From: Spirochaetes bacterium GWF1_51_8
GTDB lineage: Bacteria > Spirochaetota > Brevinematia > Brevinematales > GWF1-51-8
Direction: 5' to 3'
NCBI GenBank assembly: GCA_001829415.1
Contig: MIBE01000005.1
Coordinates: forward strand, 9,470-73,469
DNA length: 64,000 nucleotides
Position 1 is the first letter of the stretch, and every line of letters begins with the position of its first letter. A program made the translations under genes and the position numbers. A model generated the notes under the pieces. The model did not search any database, was not told where the DNA came from, and worked only from the letters and a program-made list of their open reading frames with translations. This document shows, piece by piece, positions 62,232-64,000 of the stretch.

Positions 62232-62636
62232 TCAGACGTTGAGGTCGAAACCGATATCCGTTTCAGACGCGATCTGCCCCCCGCGAATTCCCCAACACTC
62301 GAGGCCGGGCTCGTAAAGCACGATCGAAATGTCGTTCACGGGGATGCCGAATCCGGCGGAGATATCGTCGGCCAGACGGCGGTAGAGTTTCTTCTTAGTT
62401 TCGGTTTTACGCCCCGGAAAAACAGTGATCTCGATCAGGACAGAGTCCGGTGTCCGGTTTGTCGAGATTTCCATATCGTCCGTGGAATAGATATCCAGAC
62501 GCTGGGAACGGTCGAAGTCCGGGATTTTAAAGATTTCGACAAGCGCAGTATGCAGGATGTCGAAGAGCTTCTTTTTCGATTCGCTATCCGCCGCGGCGGG
62601 ATTGGTATCGCGCAGAGACACTTTTACTAACGGCAT
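62232..62636 (-). CDS. Tautomerase-superfamily protein (about 130-aa form, Pro-1)
   Basis: MPLVKVSL... gives an N-terminal Pro after Met removal. The second ATG is chosen as the start. The length and beta-alpha-beta repeat pattern fit the cis-CaaD/MSAD-like group. Confidence 0.7.
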   Translation of the reverse strand: MPLVKVSLRDTNPAAADSESKKKLFDILHTALVEIFKIPDFDRSQRLDIYSTDDMEISTNRTPDSVLIEITVFPGRKTETKKKLYRRLADDISAGFGIPVNDISIVLYEPGLECWGIRGGQIASETDIGFDLNV

Positions 62637-62652
62637 CATAGTCCTCCTCAGA

Positions 62653-62680
62653 TAAAAAAACGCCCCCGTATCGGAGGCGT
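62653..62680 (-). terminator. Putative terminator after tRNA-Gly
   Basis: The minus strand reads acgcctccgatacgggggcg followed by T7. The stem is imperfect. Confidence 0.45.
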
Positions 62681-62683
62681 ATG

Positions 62684-62755
62684 AGCGGGAAACGGGATTT
62701 GAACCCGCGACTCCCAGCTTGGGAAGCTAGTACTCTACCACTGAGTTATTCCCGC
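62684..62755 (-). tRNA. tRNA-Gly (anticodon CCC)
   Basis: The reverse complement GCGGGAATAACTCAGTGGTAGAGTACTAGCTTCCCAAGCTGGGAGTCGCGGGTTCAAATCCCGTTTCCCGCT folds by hand into a cloverleaf: 7-bp acceptor, D arm ACTC/GAGT, anticodon loop TTCCCAA, T arm GCGGG/CCCGT with loop TTCAAAT. No CCA is encoded. Confidence 0.9.
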
Positions 62756-62820
62756 GTTTCATTACCGTTTATTATAGCATAGTCCGTACCGGAAATCAAT
62801 ATTTGTCGGCATTCATACTT

Positions 62821-63390
62821 TCATACTTTCAGCCTGTAGGATTTCGGCGAGTACCCGTTGAGGTAATCGATAACTTCCTTCGGCTCGGCGGCGATATAGT
62901 ACAAGTCGCGGAAGAGCTCGTCGATAAACCGTTCGCGGAAAAGCTCGTCGAAAAGGTCGCTCAGGCTGGAATAAAACCCCGATGTATTGAGGAAAACGAT
63001 AGGTTTTCTGTGATAGCCGAGCTGCTTCAATGTGATCACCTCGAGTATCTCCTCGAGCGTACCGAATCCGCCGGGGAGCGCGATGAACGCGTCCGCGCGG
63101 GTTTCCATGATCTCCTTCCGCTCGCCCATCGTCTTTGTCACGACAAGTTCGTCGGGGTTCTCGAACACGATCCCCTTACGGTTCAACACCTCAGGGATGA
63201 CGCCTATGACGCGCCCGCCGCCGGATTTTACCGCGCGCCCGACCGCGCCCATCAGGCCGATCTCCCCCGCGCCGAAGATGACATGGTCGCCCGATGCGGC
63301 GATCAGACGGCCGAGTTCCTCGGACTTCTCGAAAAACGTCCGCCTGACATGGTCGCTCGACGACGCGAATACGCAGATTGTTCTATTCAT
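62821..63390 (-). CDS. LOG-family (TIGR00730-type) nucleotide 5'-monophosphate nucleosidase
   Basis: GGGRVIGVIP ... ALPGGFGTLEEILEVITL is the PGGxGTxxE LOG signature. Confidence 0.88.
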   Translation of the reverse strand: MNRTICVFASSSDHVRRTFFEKSEELGRLIAASGDHVIFGAGEIGLMGAVGRAVKSGGGRVIGVIPEVLNRKGIVFENPDELVVTKTMGERKEIMETRADAFIALPGGFGTLEEILEVITLKQLGYHRKPIVFLNTSGFYSSLSDLFDELFRERFIDELFRDLYYIAAEPKEVIDYLNGYSPKSYRLKV

Positions 63391-63400
63391 AGTACGCCGC

Positions 63401-64000
63401 TCAACTAAAGTTTTTAAGACGTTCGACAGCCGGTTTCAGCCCAAGGTCTGCGGATTTCCGGTAATTATCCTTCGCCTTCTCGGTCTCGCCCATCCGTTCG
63501 TAGGTCAGCCCGAGATTGTAGTAGGGCACCGGATGCTTGTCGTTCATTTTGATCACCTTCTCGAAATCGGCGATGGCCTTTTTGTGCTCGGACATCTCCT
63601 CGAAGATCGCCCCCCGGAACAGGTAGCCGTTGGGATCGCCGGGGACATGTTTGATATAAAGATTCATCGCGGAAACGGCCTCGGTGTAACGCTTCATCTG
63701 GAAGTACGACTCGCTTTTGTAATAGTAAGCCGCGCCGAGGTCTTTCTTCCGGGCTATCGCCAGATCGAAGTTTTCAATAGCCTCGCTGTAACGGGTTTTC
63801 GACTTGAGGATCATCGCGATATTGAGGTACGCGAGCGCCTGCCCGGGTTCGATCTCGAGCACCCTGCGGTAATCGCGAAGCGCCTCGTCGGCCTTCCCGG
63901 TCTCGAAATAAGCGGCCGCTCGGAAAAAATATGTATCCACTGTCTGCTCGTCGTCACGGATCACCGACGAGAACTCTTTAATCGACTCGGGATAATTCTG
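63401..64000 (-). CDS. TPR-repeat protein (N-terminus probably beyond the window edge)
   Basis: Consecutive TPR units (A..Y..AI....A..DF.KVI..NP...). The frame stays open to position 64000. Confidence 0.75.
   Translation of the reverse strand, partial: QNYPESIKEFSSVIRDDEQTVDTYFFRAAAYFETGKADEALRDYRRVLEIEPGQALAYLNIAMILKSKTRYSEAIENFDLAIARKKDLGAAYYYKSESYFQMKRYTEAVSAMNLYIKHVPGDPNGYLFRGAIFEEMSEHKKAIADFEKVIKMNDKHPVPYYNLGLTYERMGETEKAKDNYRKSADLGLKPAVERLKNFS

Noticed and set aside
62684-62755. tRNA-Gly as an integration site for a genomic island.
   Set aside because: The flanking genes (tautomerase, SRPBCC, LOG) have core-like GC content. There is no integrase and no direct repeat of the tRNA 3' end nearby.

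Overview
A 64-kb chromosomal segment from a GC-rich bacterium. Spot counts of 60-nt lines give about 57-68% GC in core genes. The cell is evidently diderm, because the window encodes Mla-like, LolA-like, beta-barrel OMP and many lipoprotein genes. I cannot assign a taxon from the sequence alone. I call about 60 protein genes and one tRNA-Gly(CCC). I see no rRNA, CRISPR array, integrase, transposase or reverse transcriptase.

Core genes:
- Translation, replication and secretion: sua5/tsaC (5' partial), glyQ, a GyrB/ParE-type topoisomerase subunit, lepB.
- Biosynthesis and central metabolism: leuD, ispF, fabD, fabZ, pyrD, pyrF, a phosphofructokinase, purU, a LOG-family protein.
- Other: a YacL-like PIN/TRAM protein and trkH.

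Operons and loci:
- LacI plus two tandem secreted GH31 alpha-glucosidases.
- A TetR / TPR / MMPL-RND / LolA-like / OMP export operon.
- A sigma factor translationally coupled to an MlaEFD-like operon.
- A MarR plus double-SnoaL pair with two identical 18-bp palindromic operators.

Accessory content:
- Four toxin-antitoxin modules: two HicBA, one MntA/HepT, and one toxin-first PIN plus a 56-aa ORF that the ORF track missed.
- Small AT-rich single-gene islands (about 25-40% GC): a DUF4238 protein, a 334-aa nuclease-like orphan, a toxin/immunity-like pair, lipoproteins and pyrF.
- Most of these islands abut copies of a modular, hairpin-rich intergenic repeat family.

Best candidates for something new:
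1. A stand-alone fusion of a LOG/DprA-type (SLOG) domain to an AbiGi-like domain (9317-10483).
2. The association between the repeat family and AT-rich cargo genes, with no recombinase gene in the window.
3. A chimeric ORF that reads through a repeat module into an AT-rich glycine-zipper C-terminus, followed by a small membrane protein (20745-22351).
4. HicBA cassettes bracketed by direct repeats, one pair being a perfectly duplicated 35-bp promoter shared with glyQ.

All domain assignments come from reading motifs by eye and need profile searches to confirm.
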